Source of the DNA: Trueperaceae bacterium
Lineage (GTDB): Bacteria; Deinococcota; Deinococci; Deinococcales; Trueperaceae
Reading direction: 5' to 3'
NCBI GenBank assembly: GCA_034520945.1
Contig: JAXHNB010000006.1
Span: 224,001 to 288,000 of the forward strand
Length of the DNA stretch: 64,000 nucleotides
Both the position numbers and the translations under genes were made by a program. This document shows, in pieces, positions 51,592 through 61,125 of the stretch; position 1 is the stretch's first letter; every line of letters starts with the position of its first letter. A model generated the notes under the pieces. That model was not told where the DNA came from and ran no database searches. It saw nothing but the letters and a program-made list of their open reading frames with translations.

Positions 51592-53643
51592 GCCGTCCGG
51601 CGTGAACGAGCGCACCAGCGCATCGAGTCGCTCCCGCGCCGCCACGCGCTCGGCGTGCAACGCCTCCAGTGCCGTGTCGATCTCGTCCAGTTCGTTCTCC
51701 TGCGCCTCCAGGTCGGACACGTAGCGCCGGTACAGCGACGCGTTCCGGTCCAGCGCCCCCATGTTGGCGCGAATGCGTGACTGCTCCTCGAAGATCTGCT
51801 GGCGCCGCCGTTCCCGCTGGGCGATGGCGCGGTCCAGCTCGGCGATGCGGCGCTTGACCTCCACGAGCTGCTGCAGCACCTCCCGGTCCGCATCGCTCAG
51901 CTCGACGTTCTCCAGGAAGGTCACCAGCCGGTCCGGCGTCACGCCGCCCACGGTAAGGGTCCGCCGCTCCTGGCGTTCCTCGACCACGCGCAGCACGCAC
52001 GCCTCGTCGGCCTGGCAGCGCGCCTGCGCCGGCACCTCCGCGTCGTCCTCCACTTCGCCCAACGCCACGCCGAAGCGCGCCGCCTGCTCGGTTCGGACGG
52101 GCGGCGGCTCAGCGCCGACCACCGCGAAGCCCGAACGGACGGGATGCTCGATGATGAGCAGGCGGTCGACGTCGCCCGCGGGTTCGACGGTGTAGCGGGT
52201 GGTGCGGCGCCGCAGCACGCGGGTTTCGATCACGCCGCCTCGCAGCGAAACCGACGTGACCCGTTCGGGCGCTTGGTCGCTGTCGCTGCGGATCCGCAAG
52301 TCCAGATCCTCGGCGTAGGTGATCAGGCGCGTCTCGCCCGGCGGGACGTCCCCCAGTCGTGCGTTGCCGGCGAAGCCGCCCGCGTCGAACACGCTGATCG
52401 TGCCCGCCGCCAGGCGCACGCCCGCATCGTTCAAGACGCGCAATCCTCGCAGCGGGCCGGCACCCGACGTCGGGTCCAGCACCGATACGTCGTGCGCCGG
52501 GACCGTCGCCTGCACGATGGGGATCATGGCGGAGGAATACCGCCGCACCGTCACCGGCTCGTCGACGTCGTACACGAAGCTGGCGCCGACGTCCGAACCG
52601 GACGCCATCGCCTCCACGCCCGCGCCGGACAGGGCGGGGGCCGCCTCGGCGCGCGCGCCGGCCGCGTCGGCCGCCATGCGTTGCTCGGGCTCGGCCTGCA
52701 GGGCGGCGGCGGGGAACGCGCCCTCGTCGGCTTCGGGGACCACCGACGCTTCGGCGTCTACGGAGACGCGACGCCGCTCGACGTAGACCGGCTCGAACAA
52801 CTCCGTCACGAACGAGATCGGCCGGCCGGCCACGAACGACACCTGGACGTCGATCAGGTCCTGCCGCGTGGGGTTGTCGAGGATGGCCCAGCCCTGCAGC
52901 GTGGCGGTGCCGTCCTCGCCGGCGACCAGCCGGTAGCTGGTCTTCCAGACCGGCATCTCGCGGACGTAGCCGATGCGCACCCGCCGCTCGCCCTCGCCCT
53001 CGAAGCGCAGGTGCACCCGGTTGGTGTCGTCGTCGCGGGCGCGGGCGATCTCCGCCAGGGCCGCCTCCAGCTCGCGTTGAAGTTCTTCGCGGGCGAAGCG
53101 CACGCTGCGCACCTCCTGGAACGCCACCCGACGCAGCCCGTCGCGCCCTGAGAGCACCAGGTAGGTGGTCTCACCCTCCTCGCCAGGTTCGTGTTCGATC
53201 CCCAGCAGGGTGCCGCGCAACGCACGGTCGGTCTGCACCTCGACCTCTTCGCCCCGCGCCTGCGTCAGCAGCTCCGCCAGCGTGGGCCGCCCGGTGAGGT
53301 CCAGCGGGTAGCTCCCGAGGATCCGCGACAACGGATCGCGCGTGCCGTAGCGGACCGGCCGGACGGTGCCGCCGCCGAAGTCCTGCAACACCAGGCTCTG
53401 CAGCAGGTCGTCCATGTCCTCGGTGGGGACGTCCAGCACCAGCTCGCGATCGCCACGAACGGTGCCCTCGTGCTCGAAGTAGGCGATCCCGGCGGTGGAC
53501 GCCACCACGCGGGTGATGGGGAGCTCGGCGGGCTCGGCATCGGCCGGTGTTTGCGCCGCGGCGAGGGAGCCCGCCAAGAGCAGCGCAGCCAGCCCACCGG
53601 CAAGCGCACCGCGCACGGTGTGTCGCACCTGGGATGAGGTCAT
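51586..53643 (-). CDS. DUF4139-like exported protein
   Basis: Signal peptide, LPITRVV...GIAYFEH, PVWKTSYRL, C-terminal coiled coil. Confidence 0.72.
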   Translation of the reverse strand: MTSSQVRHTVRGALAGGLAALLLAGSLAAAQTPADAEPAELPITRVVASTAGIAYFEHEGTVRGDRELVLDVPTEDMDDLLQSLVLQDFGGGTVRPVRYGTRDPLSRILGSYPLDLTGRPTLAELLTQARGEEVEVQTDRALRGTLLGIEHEPGEEGETTYLVLSGRDGLRRVAFQEVRSVRFAREELQRELEAALAEIARARDDDTNRVHLRFEGEGERRVRIGYVREMPVWKTSYRLVAGEDGTATLQGWAILDNPTRQDLIDVQVSFVAGRPISFVTELFEPVYVERRRVSVDAEASVVPEADEGAFPAAALQAEPEQRMAADAAGARAEAAPALSGAGVEAMASGSDVGASFVYDVDEPVTVRRYSSAMIPIVQATVPAHDVSVLDPTSGAGPLRGLRVLNDAGVRLAAGTISVFDAGGFAGNARLGDVPPGETRLITYAEDLDLRIRSDSDQAPERVTSVSLRGGVIETRVLRRRTTRYTVEPAGDVDRLLIIEHPVRSGFAVVGAEPPPVRTEQAARFGVALGEVEDDAEVPAQARCQADEACVLRVVEERQERRTLTVGGVTPDRLVTFLENVELSDADREVLQQLVEVKRRIAELDRAIAQRERRRQQIFEEQSRIRANMGALDRNASLYRRYVSDLEAQENELDEIDTALEALHAERVAARERLDALVRSFTPDGG

Positions 53644-53708
53644 GCGCCATGCTACGAAATGTGGGCACCGGCCGCGGTGAGCCGTGCACGCGGCGCCCGC
53701 CGTCCCGT

Positions 53709-54437
53709 TCAGGCGGGCGCCACCCGGCGGGCCTGTGCCAGGCGCTCGTCGTCGGTCAGGTTCAGGCGCAACGGCGTCAGCGAGACGTAGCCCTGCTCGA
53801 TCGCCCAACGATCGGTGTTTTCTTCGACGCGCTCGCGCGGCTGCTCCGCGAACCAGTAGTGCGTGCGCCCCATCGGGTCCTTGCCGGGGATCACCAGCCC
53901 CTCGTAGTGGCGGACCGACATGCGGGTCCAGCGCATGCCGACGGGCCGCTCGGGGAAGTTCACGTTTAGCAGGGGCAGGTCCGGGTGCTCCAGAAACAGG
54001 TCGATCACCTTGCGCACGTACGGTGCGTATGCGTCGTAATCGACGGAGTCCTCGCTGGCCGGCGCGCTGAACGCGATGGCGGGGATGCCGAGGAAGCTGG
54101 CCTGCTTGGCGGCCGCCACCGTTCCCGAGTGCCACACGTTGTGGCCGATGTTCAGCCCCAGGTTGATGCCGGTCAGGACCAGGTCCACCTTGTCCCAGTG
54201 ATGCGCGCCCAGCGCCACGCAATCGGCGGGCGTACCGTCGACGCGGTAGGCGGTCAGCCCCTCGATCTTGGTGCTGGCGTAGTGCAGGGGCCGCCGCACC
54301 GTGATGGCGTGGCTCATCGCGGACTGCTCCACGTCGGGCGCCACCACCCGGACGTCGCCGTACCGCTCCGCGACCCGTGCGAGCGCGTGGAGGCCCGGGC
54401 TGTGCACGCCGTCGTCGTTGCTGACCAGGATGCGCAT
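53709..54437 (-). CDS. surE: 5'/3'-nucleotidase SurE
   Basis: MRILVSNDDG, GTPADCV, GINLGLN...HSGTVAAA. Confidence 0.95.
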   Translation of the reverse strand: MRILVSNDDGVHSPGLHALARVAERYGDVRVVAPDVEQSAMSHAITVRRPLHYASTKIEGLTAYRVDGTPADCVALGAHHWDKVDLVLTGINLGLNIGHNVWHSGTVAAAKQASFLGIPAIAFSAPASEDSVDYDAYAPYVRKVIDLFLEHPDLPLLNVNFPERPVGMRWTRMSVRHYEGLVIPGKDPMGRTHYWFAEQPRERVEENTDRWAIEQGYVSLTPLRLNLTDDERLAQARRVAPA

Positions 54438-54546
54438 GGTGCCGGTGATGCTACCCCGGGGACCCGCCTCCGTGCACGCGGCTGGCACCCGCCGCCGCGC
54501 CGGCCGTCTCGCGCAGGCGGGCGATCGTCGAGTACGCTGGTGTCGC

Positions 54547-57516
54547 ATGGCGCACTCGGCACGGGCGCTTCACGCCGACCTTCTCGGTCGGCCGCAGCTA
54601 CGGTGGAACCGCGCGCCGCTGACGTTGGCGGCCGTCAAGCCACGCGCGCTGGTCTACGTGCTGGCCGTGCGCCGTGAACCGGTCCCCAAGGCCACGCTGG
54701 CCGAGCTGCTGTGGGGCCCGGACAAGCTCGGCAACCTGCGCTCCGCTTTGTACACGCTACGCAAGCAGGCGCACGCGGAGGCTTGGCTTCACGAGGCGGA
54801 CGGCGGGCGTGCCTTGCAGGTCGAGGTCGGGACCGACCTGGCGGCGTTCGAGCACGCGGCCGCCCACGGGGACGTCGCCGGGGCCCTCGCCTGCTGGCAC
54901 CGTGCCGGCGTGAGCGGACGTGCGGGGACGGTCTTGCTCGAAGGGACCTACGTGCCCGCCGCACCGGCGTTCGAGGACTGGTTGGCGCTCGAGCGGGCGC
55001 GGGTGGCGGTCGTCTACCGCGAGTGCCTGTCCCGGCGGGCCGCCGAGTTGGAGGGCGGGGGACGCTGGGAGGAGGCGCGGGCCGTCTTGGAGGAGCTGGT
55101 GCTGGAGGATCCCTTGCACGAGGAGACGTACCGTCGCCTCATGCTCGCGTGCTGGCGCCTGGGACGCGTGGACGCGGCGCTGGCGCACTTCGAGGCGTGC
55201 CGCCGGACGCTGGCGGAGGAACTGGGACTCCAGCCGGTGTCCGCCACCCACGAGCTCTACGAGTCGCTGCGGGCGCACGCCAGCGGCGGCGTGCCGCCGG
55301 GCGCCGCCTTGGACGCGGATGGCGGCGCGCTGGGGTTCGTGGGGCGCCGCGCCGAACTGGGGGCCCTGGACGACGCGCTGCGCAGGCACCGGGTGGTGAC
55401 GGTGGTCGGGCCGGGGGGCGTCGGCAAGACCCGTTTGGCCCGCGAGGCGATGCGCCGCGCCGGCGTCGCGACCTCGCGGGCGACCTGTTTCGTTTCGCTG
55501 GGGACGCTGGGCAGCGGCGCGTTCGCGGTGGCGGCCATCGCGAACGCGTTGCGGGTCGGCTTCGAAGGGCCCCGCGACCCCTTGGCCCAGCTCGGAGCCG
55601 CCCTCCGGCAGCGGCCGACGCTGCTGGTGCTGGACGAGGTGGAGCACCTGCTGGAGGTCGATGCGATCGTGGCCTCGCTCCTCGAGGCCGCCCCCGAGAC
55701 CACGGTGCTGATCACCTCGCGCCGGACGCTGCGTCGCCTCGGGGGCGCCGTGCTCCGCCTGGAGGGGCTCGACCGCCCCGCCGGCCCGGACGATCCGGAG
55801 GCGCGCACGCGCGATGCGGTGCGGATGTTCGTGAGCGCTGCGCAGCGAGTCGACCCCGACTTCGTGCTCGCCCCCGCCGTGGTGCCAGCCGTCGTGCGCG
55901 TGTGCGAGCTGCTCCGTGGGCATCCGCTCGGCCTGCAGCTCGCGGCCGGATGGCTCCGCTTCCATGACGCTCACGCGTTGGCCGAGCTGCTTCGCCGCGA
56001 CCCGCTGCGGCTCGAGAACCCGGGCCTGCCGTTGGACGAGCGCCACGCCAGCCTCCGACGCGTGATGGAGCGCTCGTGGGCGTTGCTGGGCGAGGAGGAG
56101 CGCCGCGTCATGTGCGCGTTGTCCGTGTGCCAAGACGGCGTCGACGCCGAAGCGGCGCACGCCATCGCCGGCGCGGACGCGCGCACGCTGCTGGACCTGG
56201 TCGGCAAGTCGTGGCTGAAGCCGGGCCCCGACGGCCGCTACGAGCTGCACCCGCTGGTCCGCGCGTTCGGGCGCACGCAGTTGGCCGCGCGCCCCGACGC
56301 GGAGGCGGTCGCCGCCGCCCACGCGCGCGTCTACCTGGGGCGATTGGCAGAGCAGCGCGCCCACGCCCTGGGGCGCCGACCCGGCCAGGTGCTGGACGCG
56401 ATCACGAACGACTTCGAGAACGTGCGCGAAGCGTGGCGGACCGCCGTGCGGCAGCGGCGCTGGAACGCCCTGCGTGGTGCCGCCGAAACGCTCAGCCTGT
56501 ACGCCGACATGCGGGCCCGCTTTCACGACGCCGTGGCGTTGTTCGACGAGGCCGCCGCCGTCGCGGCGTCGGACCCGGACGCGGACGCGGAGTCGCGGGC
56601 CGTGCTGGCGATCGGCAAGGGGACGCACCTGTTCCGGCTCAGCCGCTTTGGCGAAGCGCTTGCCCTCACCGACGCGTTGGGGTCCGCCTCGTCGGCGGAG
56701 GTCGGGGCGGAGACCCGGCTGCAGGTCCTGGAGCTGCGGGCCAACGTCTTCGTGCGGATGGGCCGCTACCCCGAGGCGCAGTGCCTGTACCAAGATGCGC
56801 TGGCCTTGGCGCGGACCGACGTCCCCGACCGCCTGAGCCGCGAGCTGCGCTCGTTGGCCAACGTCGAAGCCGCGCTGGGGCACGCCGCGGACGCCGAGGC
56901 GCACTACCGCGAGGCGATCGCCCTGAACCGGTGCGAGGGCTACCTGGTGGGCCTGGCCATCGACCTGAACAACCTGGCCGAGCTGCTGATCCTGCAGGAC
57001 CGGCTGGACGAGGCCGACGCCATGATCCAGGAGAGCCGTGGCTACGCGGAAGGTGTCGACGTGCACCTCGTGCCGTACCTGGACCTCAATGCGGCCGTCC
57101 TCGCACACCGGCGGGGCGACCCGGACGACGCCGCCCGGCATGCGCACGCCTGTCGCGCCCAGGCGGAGCGGTTCGGACAGGTGGGCCTGCAGTGCCGCGC
57201 GGCGACCCTGCTGGGGCGGATCGCGCTTCAGGGCGGCGAGGAAGCGCACGCCGCCGCCTGGTTGGCCGATGCCGTCGCCACCGCGCATGGCGCCCAAGAA
57301 CTGGCGTGTCTGATGCACGCCTTCCTGGGGTGGGCCGAGCTGCTCCAGGCGCGAGGCGAGGCCACACAGGCGGCAGGCTACCTGGCGTGCGTGCAGGACC
57401 ACCCCGCCAGCGAAGCGGAGGATCGCGCCGCCGCGGCGCGCCGCGGCGAGGGGCTGGAGATACCCGAGCATGCGCCCCCGCTGGCGGCGCTGGTCGAGCC
57501 CATCGCCAGCACCTGA
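54547..57516 (+). CDS. AfsR/SARP-like regulator: BTAD + NB-ARC/STAND ATPase + TPR
   Basis: BTAD (FEDWL..ER; DPLHEETYRRLM; ELGLQP), GPGGVGKTRL, LLVLDE, ITSR, GHPLGLQLAA, LHPLVR, C-terminal TPR-like repeats. Confidence 0.88.
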   Translation: MAHSARALHADLLGRPQLRWNRAPLTLAAVKPRALVYVLAVRREPVPKATLAELLWGPDKLGNLRSALYTLRKQAHAEAWLHEADGGRALQVEVGTDLAAFEHAAAHGDVAGALACWHRAGVSGRAGTVLLEGTYVPAAPAFEDWLALERARVAVVYRECLSRRAAELEGGGRWEEARAVLEELVLEDPLHEETYRRLMLACWRLGRVDAALAHFEACRRTLAEELGLQPVSATHELYESLRAHASGGVPPGAALDADGGALGFVGRRAELGALDDALRRHRVVTVVGPGGVGKTRLAREAMRRAGVATSRATCFVSLGTLGSGAFAVAAIANALRVGFEGPRDPLAQLGAALRQRPTLLVLDEVEHLLEVDAIVASLLEAAPETTVLITSRRTLRRLGGAVLRLEGLDRPAGPDDPEARTRDAVRMFVSAAQRVDPDFVLAPAVVPAVVRVCELLRGHPLGLQLAAGWLRFHDAHALAELLRRDPLRLENPGLPLDERHASLRRVMERSWALLGEEERRVMCALSVCQDGVDAEAAHAIAGADARTLLDLVGKSWLKPGPDGRYELHPLVRAFGRTQLAARPDAEAVAAAHARVYLGRLAEQRAHALGRRPGQVLDAITNDFENVREAWRTAVRQRRWNALRGAAETLSLYADMRARFHDAVALFDEAAAVAASDPDADAESRAVLAIGKGTHLFRLSRFGEALALTDALGSASSAEVGAETRLQVLELRANVFVRMGRYPEAQCLYQDALALARTDVPDRLSRELRSLANVEAALGHAADAEAHYREAIALNRCEGYLVGLAIDLNNLAELLILQDRLDEADAMIQESRGYAEGVDVHLVPYLDLNAAVLAHRRGDPDDAARHAHACRAQAERFGQVGLQCRAATLLGRIALQGGEEAHAAAWLADAVATAHGAQELACLMHAFLGWAELLQARGEATQAAGYLACVQDHPASEAEDRAAAARRGEGLEIPEHAPPLAALVEPIAST

Positions 57517-57628
57517 GCGGTCGTGCGGTCCGGGTGTGCCGCGGGGCGCCATGATGCGACGAGGCTACCGTTGCGGCGTCAAAACCCCGTCAATGGGCCG
57601 CTCCGCGGACAGCGCTAGGCTGGGCGTG

Positions 57629-58327
57629 ATGCTGGTGTACTTGGACCAGAACTACGCTTCGCGCGTGGCCAAGTACCTGCGTGGTCAGCCCGGCCACGCG
57701 GCGTTCGGCCAGGCGTACCGCGCCCTCGAGGAGGCCGCGCCGTTGGTGCCGCCCAGCCCGTTTCACGTGCTGGAGACGCGCGGCGGCTACCTCCTCCCGA
57801 CGCTCCGGACCTTGTACGAGCGCTTCTCGGGCGGTTGGTGGGTGCGTCCCTACCAGGACGTGGTGCGACGTCAGGTCCGGCGTGGCGGCGCGGTGGCGCG
57901 CGAAGATCTGCTCACCCGTCACGGCGACTGGTCGGTGCCGGCCACCTTGGATCCGCTGGACGACCTGCTGAGCGTCCGGTTCGAGGGCGACGCATCGGCG
58001 CGCACGGGAGCCGTGACCCGGGTCGTCGCGGCACGCTTCGGACTGCCGGCGGGGCAGGCCGAACGGATGCCGTTCGTCCGCCTGCTGGCCCGGTTGGTCG
58101 CGTTCCGGGCGTTGGACGACGCGCGGGCGCCGCGGCCCAGCGACCTGACCGACCTGGTGATGGCGGCGACGGTGGCACCCTATGTCGACGTGCTGGCCAC
58201 CGACCGCTACCTGCGGGAGACGTTGCAGCGCGTCGGGGTTCGCACGCCCACCTTTTCGGGGCGGCGGCCCGACGTGCTGCGCTTCGCGCGGTGGCTCCGC
58301 GCCGCGGCCATTGCCGCGTCCGAGTAG
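57629..58327 (+). CDS. Hypothetical protein with PIN-like acidic motifs
   Basis: VYLDQN, SPFHVLE, SDLTDL, DVLATD; own -10 TAGGCT. Confidence 0.6.
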   Translation: MLVYLDQNYASRVAKYLRGQPGHAAFGQAYRALEEAAPLVPPSPFHVLETRGGYLLPTLRTLYERFSGGWWVRPYQDVVRRQVRRGGAVAREDLLTRHGDWSVPATLDPLDDLLSVRFEGDASARTGAVTRVVAARFGLPAGQAERMPFVRLLARLVAFRALDDARAPRPSDLTDLVMAATVAPYVDVLATDRYLRETLQRVGVRTPTFSGRRPDVLRFARWLRAAAIAASE

Positions 58328-58346
58328 GGGACCATCCGGCAAGACG

Positions 58347-58372
58347 CGGCCCGAGCGCGATGGCTCGGGCCG
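58347..58372. terminator. Hairpin between convergent genes
   Basis: 10-bp stem CGGCCCGAGC/GCTCGGGCCG, 6-nt loop. Confidence 0.45.
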
Positions 58373-58409
58373 ACGGATGCTGAGCGGGCGTACGTCGCCC
58401 TACCTACGC

Positions 58410-58976
58410 TCAGAAGGTCTGGATCGACTCCGGATCCACCGTGGCCCCGACGCCGATGCCGAAGCGCTCCAAGGTGCCGCCCTCGGCCGCCAACAGCCAA
58501 CGGTGCGGTTCGGGGATGGAGAGGCGGGTGGCGCCGAGCGAGGCGACGTGCGTGGCCACCACGTTGCCGTCGGGATCGATCGCGGCGTACTCGACGGGGG
58601 CGCGGATGCCCTCCACGGAGTAGCTGGCGCGGCTGGTGGTGGGGCGCGTCAGGACGTACATCAGGAACTGGTTGTCGATCGCGTCCTCGCCGACGCCCTT
58701 GAAGCCGGCGCTGCGGTTGGCGCTGGTGTTGGCGACGCGCAGCGGCAGGAGGGCGGAGGTGCCGTCCACGGTGGTCAACTCGACCATCCCGGTCGGCATG
58801 CTCAGGTAGCTGTTGGGCAGGTGGTTCGCTTGGCGGGCCGCCATCTGGGGCGCCACGATGTACAAAGCGACGAGGAACACGATCGCGGCGATGACCAGGG
58901 TCTTGAGCCAGGGCCCCAGGCGGGTGTCCCACTGGACACGATCTGCGAAGCTCTTGTTGCCGGTGGACTGAGCCAT
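58410..58976 (-). CDS. Membrane-anchored divergent DUF192-like protein
   Basis: N-terminal TM; LRVANT.ANRSAGF; PVEYAAIDPDG.VV; GTLERFGIGVG; AAGGAG RBS. Confidence 0.6.
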   Translation of the reverse strand: MAQSTGNKSFADRVQWDTRLGPWLKTLVIAAIVFLVALYIVAPQMAARQANHLPNSYLSMPTGMVELTTVDGTSALLPLRVANTSANRSAGFKGVGEDAIDNQFLMYVLTRPTTSRASYSVEGIRAPVEYAAIDPDGNVVATHVASLGATRLSIPEPHRWLLAAEGGTLERFGIGVGATVDPESIQTF

Positions 58977-59069
58977 GATGTTCTCCTTTCGTCGCGCGAG
59001 CGGATGCGCTCCCGGGCCTCGGTCACGGACCGGATCCGGTGCGACGTGAGGCAAGGGTAGGCGGGGGGC

Positions 59070-59086
59070 GTTAAGCCAGCATGAAG
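59070..59086 (-). promoter_or_regulatory. OmpR/PmrA-type direct-repeat box upstream of the DUF192-like gene
   Basis: CTTCAT-N5-CTTAAC, 10 nt before a TACCCT -10 (59054-59059). Confidence 0.5.
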
Positions 59087-59173
59087 CGTGTGCGCGCGGG
59101 GCATTCGCCTCGTAACGAACGCGTATCGTGAGGTCGGCCGCCGTTCAGCGTCGCGGCCGGGGAGCGTCGACAC

Positions 59174-59830
59174 ATGCGCCTGCTACTCGTCGAGGACGAG
59201 GACAACCTGGCCGCCGTGCTGCGCGACGGCTTGCGTGCGCACGGCTTCGAACCGTCGTGGGCGGCTAGTATGGACGAAGCCTGGCAGTTGGCGTGGGAGG
59301 CTCCGTTCGATCTGTTCGTCTTGGACGTGATGCTGCCCGAAGGCCCGGAAGCCGGGTTCGAGTTCGCTCGGCAGATCCGCGACAGCGGCTTTCGGCAGCC
59401 GATCCTCTTCCTCACCGCCCGCGACGCTGTGCCGGACAGGGTCGCCGGGCTCGAGATCGGCGACGATTACCTGCCGAAGCCGTTCGCGTTTCCCGAACTG
59501 GTCGCGCGCCTGAAGGCGCTGTACCGCCGCGGCGAGGTGCGGCCCGAGGTGGTCGCCTGGCGCGATGTGACGCTGGTGCCCGAAGAGCGGCAGGTCCGCC
59601 GCAGCGGCGTGCCGGTGAAGCTGACCAAGAAGGAGTACGAGGTGCTGGCACTGCTGATGCAGAACCCCGGCCGCGTCTTCACCCGTCCCGACCTGCTGGA
59701 CCGGATCTGGGGGCTGGGGTTCGACGTCAACTCCAACCTGCTGGACGTGTACGTCAGCAACCTGCGCGGCAAGCTGGGCGAGGAGATCGTCGAAACCGTC
59801 CGCGGCGTCGGGTACAGGTTCCCCGGCTGA
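59174..59830 (+). CDS. OmpR family response regulator
   Basis: LLVEDE, LDVMLP, DDYLPKPF, IVETVRGVGY. Confidence 0.95.
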   Translation: MRLLLVEDEDNLAAVLRDGLRAHGFEPSWAASMDEAWQLAWEAPFDLFVLDVMLPEGPEAGFEFARQIRDSGFRQPILFLTARDAVPDRVAGLEIGDDYLPKPFAFPELVARLKALYRRGEVRPEVVAWRDVTLVPEERQVRRSGVPVKLTKKEYEVLALLMQNPGRVFTRPDLLDRIWGLGFDVNSNLLDVYVSNLRGKLGEEIVETVRGVGYRFPG

Positions 59831-61125
59831 TGCGCCGACGTTTGGGCCGGTTCGACCTGCGCGCCAAGCTGGCGCTGGTGGCGTTCGGGGTGACGCTGCT
59901 GGGCATCGTGGTGGGGCTGGCGCTCATGTACGTGGCGCTGCTGAACGCGCGATTGGCGGCGATCGACAATGAGGGACGCCTGCTTGCGAACGTGATCCTG
60001 GGGGGCGCGACCCTGCGCGAAGACGAAGCGGTGCGCGTCCCGCAGGTGGTGGAGAGCTACCTGACCGACCTGGGGGGCGTCAGCGTCGCGCACGTGTACG
60101 TCGACGGCACGCTGGTGTGGGAGGGCGGCGTGGTGGATGCGCCGCGCCCGCTGGACCCCGGGCACCTCCTGGTCGGTGGCGGCAGCCGTAGCGTCGAGGA
60201 ATGGCGCGTATTCACAGCCCGCGATGAGGATGCGGGCGTGGTGGTGCAGGTCGGACAACCGTTGCAGGCGGTGCGAAGCGTGCTACGTCCCTACGCCTCG
60301 ATCTCGGTCGGGGTGACGTTGCTGGTGGCGGTGCTGTCAGGGTGGCTGGCCTGGTCCAGCGTCGGGGTGGCGTTGCGGCCGTTGCGACGCCTGTCGGAGG
60401 CGGTGGAGGGGTTCGGGTCGACGACGACCGTGCCCGCCCTTCCGGGGCGGGACGAACCGGCCCGTTTGGCCCGAACCTTCACCTCACTCTTGGAGCGGTT
60501 GCGCCGGGAACGCGAGCGCGAACAGACCTTCCTCGCCTACGCCGCGCACGAGCTTCGCACACCCGTCACGGCCCTGCGCTCCGGCCTCGAGGCGTTGCAC
60601 GCCGGGCGCCTGGACCCCGACCGGGAGATGTTCGGACGCCTGTTCCGCGAGGCGGTCCGGCTGGAGACCCTGGCGCAGAACCTGCTGGTGCTGTCCCGCG
60701 CTGCCGCCCGCGACACGCGGGAGGCCCCCCTCGATCTGGAGGAGTTGGCGTCGGAGGCGTACGACCGGTTCCAACCGCTGGCCTCGGAACGGGGTCTGTC
60801 GCTGAATCTCGACACCGCAGCGGTGACGCTGCGCGGCGACGTCCGGTTGTTGACGCAGGCGCTCGACAACCTGATCGACAATGCGTTCCGAGCCGCCGGC
60901 CGTGGTCGGGTCACGCTGCGCAGCGGCGTTCTGGACGGAGAACCGTTCCTGGAGGTGGCCGACAGCGGTCCGGGTCCTCCCGACCCCGTACGCGACGGCT
61001 TGGGGTTGCGGGTGGTGCGGAACGTCGCGCGGGCGCACGACGCCCGCTTCGAGCTCACGAACGACGGCGGGGCGCGCGCCCGGATCACGTTCCCCGCGCC
61101 CGACGCGCAGGGGACGTCCGCCTAG
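59830..61125 (+). CDS. HAMP-domain sensor histidine kinase
   Basis: Two TM segments, AAHELRTP, NLIDNA, DSGPG, GLGL. Confidence 0.92.
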   Translation: MRRRLGRFDLRAKLALVAFGVTLLGIVVGLALMYVALLNARLAAIDNEGRLLANVILGGATLREDEAVRVPQVVESYLTDLGGVSVAHVYVDGTLVWEGGVVDAPRPLDPGHLLVGGGSRSVEEWRVFTARDEDAGVVVQVGQPLQAVRSVLRPYASISVGVTLLVAVLSGWLAWSSVGVALRPLRRLSEAVEGFGSTTTVPALPGRDEPARLARTFTSLLERLRREREREQTFLAYAAHELRTPVTALRSGLEALHAGRLDPDREMFGRLFREAVRLETLAQNLLVLSRAAARDTREAPLDLEELASEAYDRFQPLASERGLSLNLDTAAVTLRGDVRLLTQALDNLIDNAFRAAGRGRVTLRSGVLDGEPFLEVADSGPGPPDPVRDGLGLRVVRNVARAHDARFELTNDGGARARITFPAPDAQGTSA

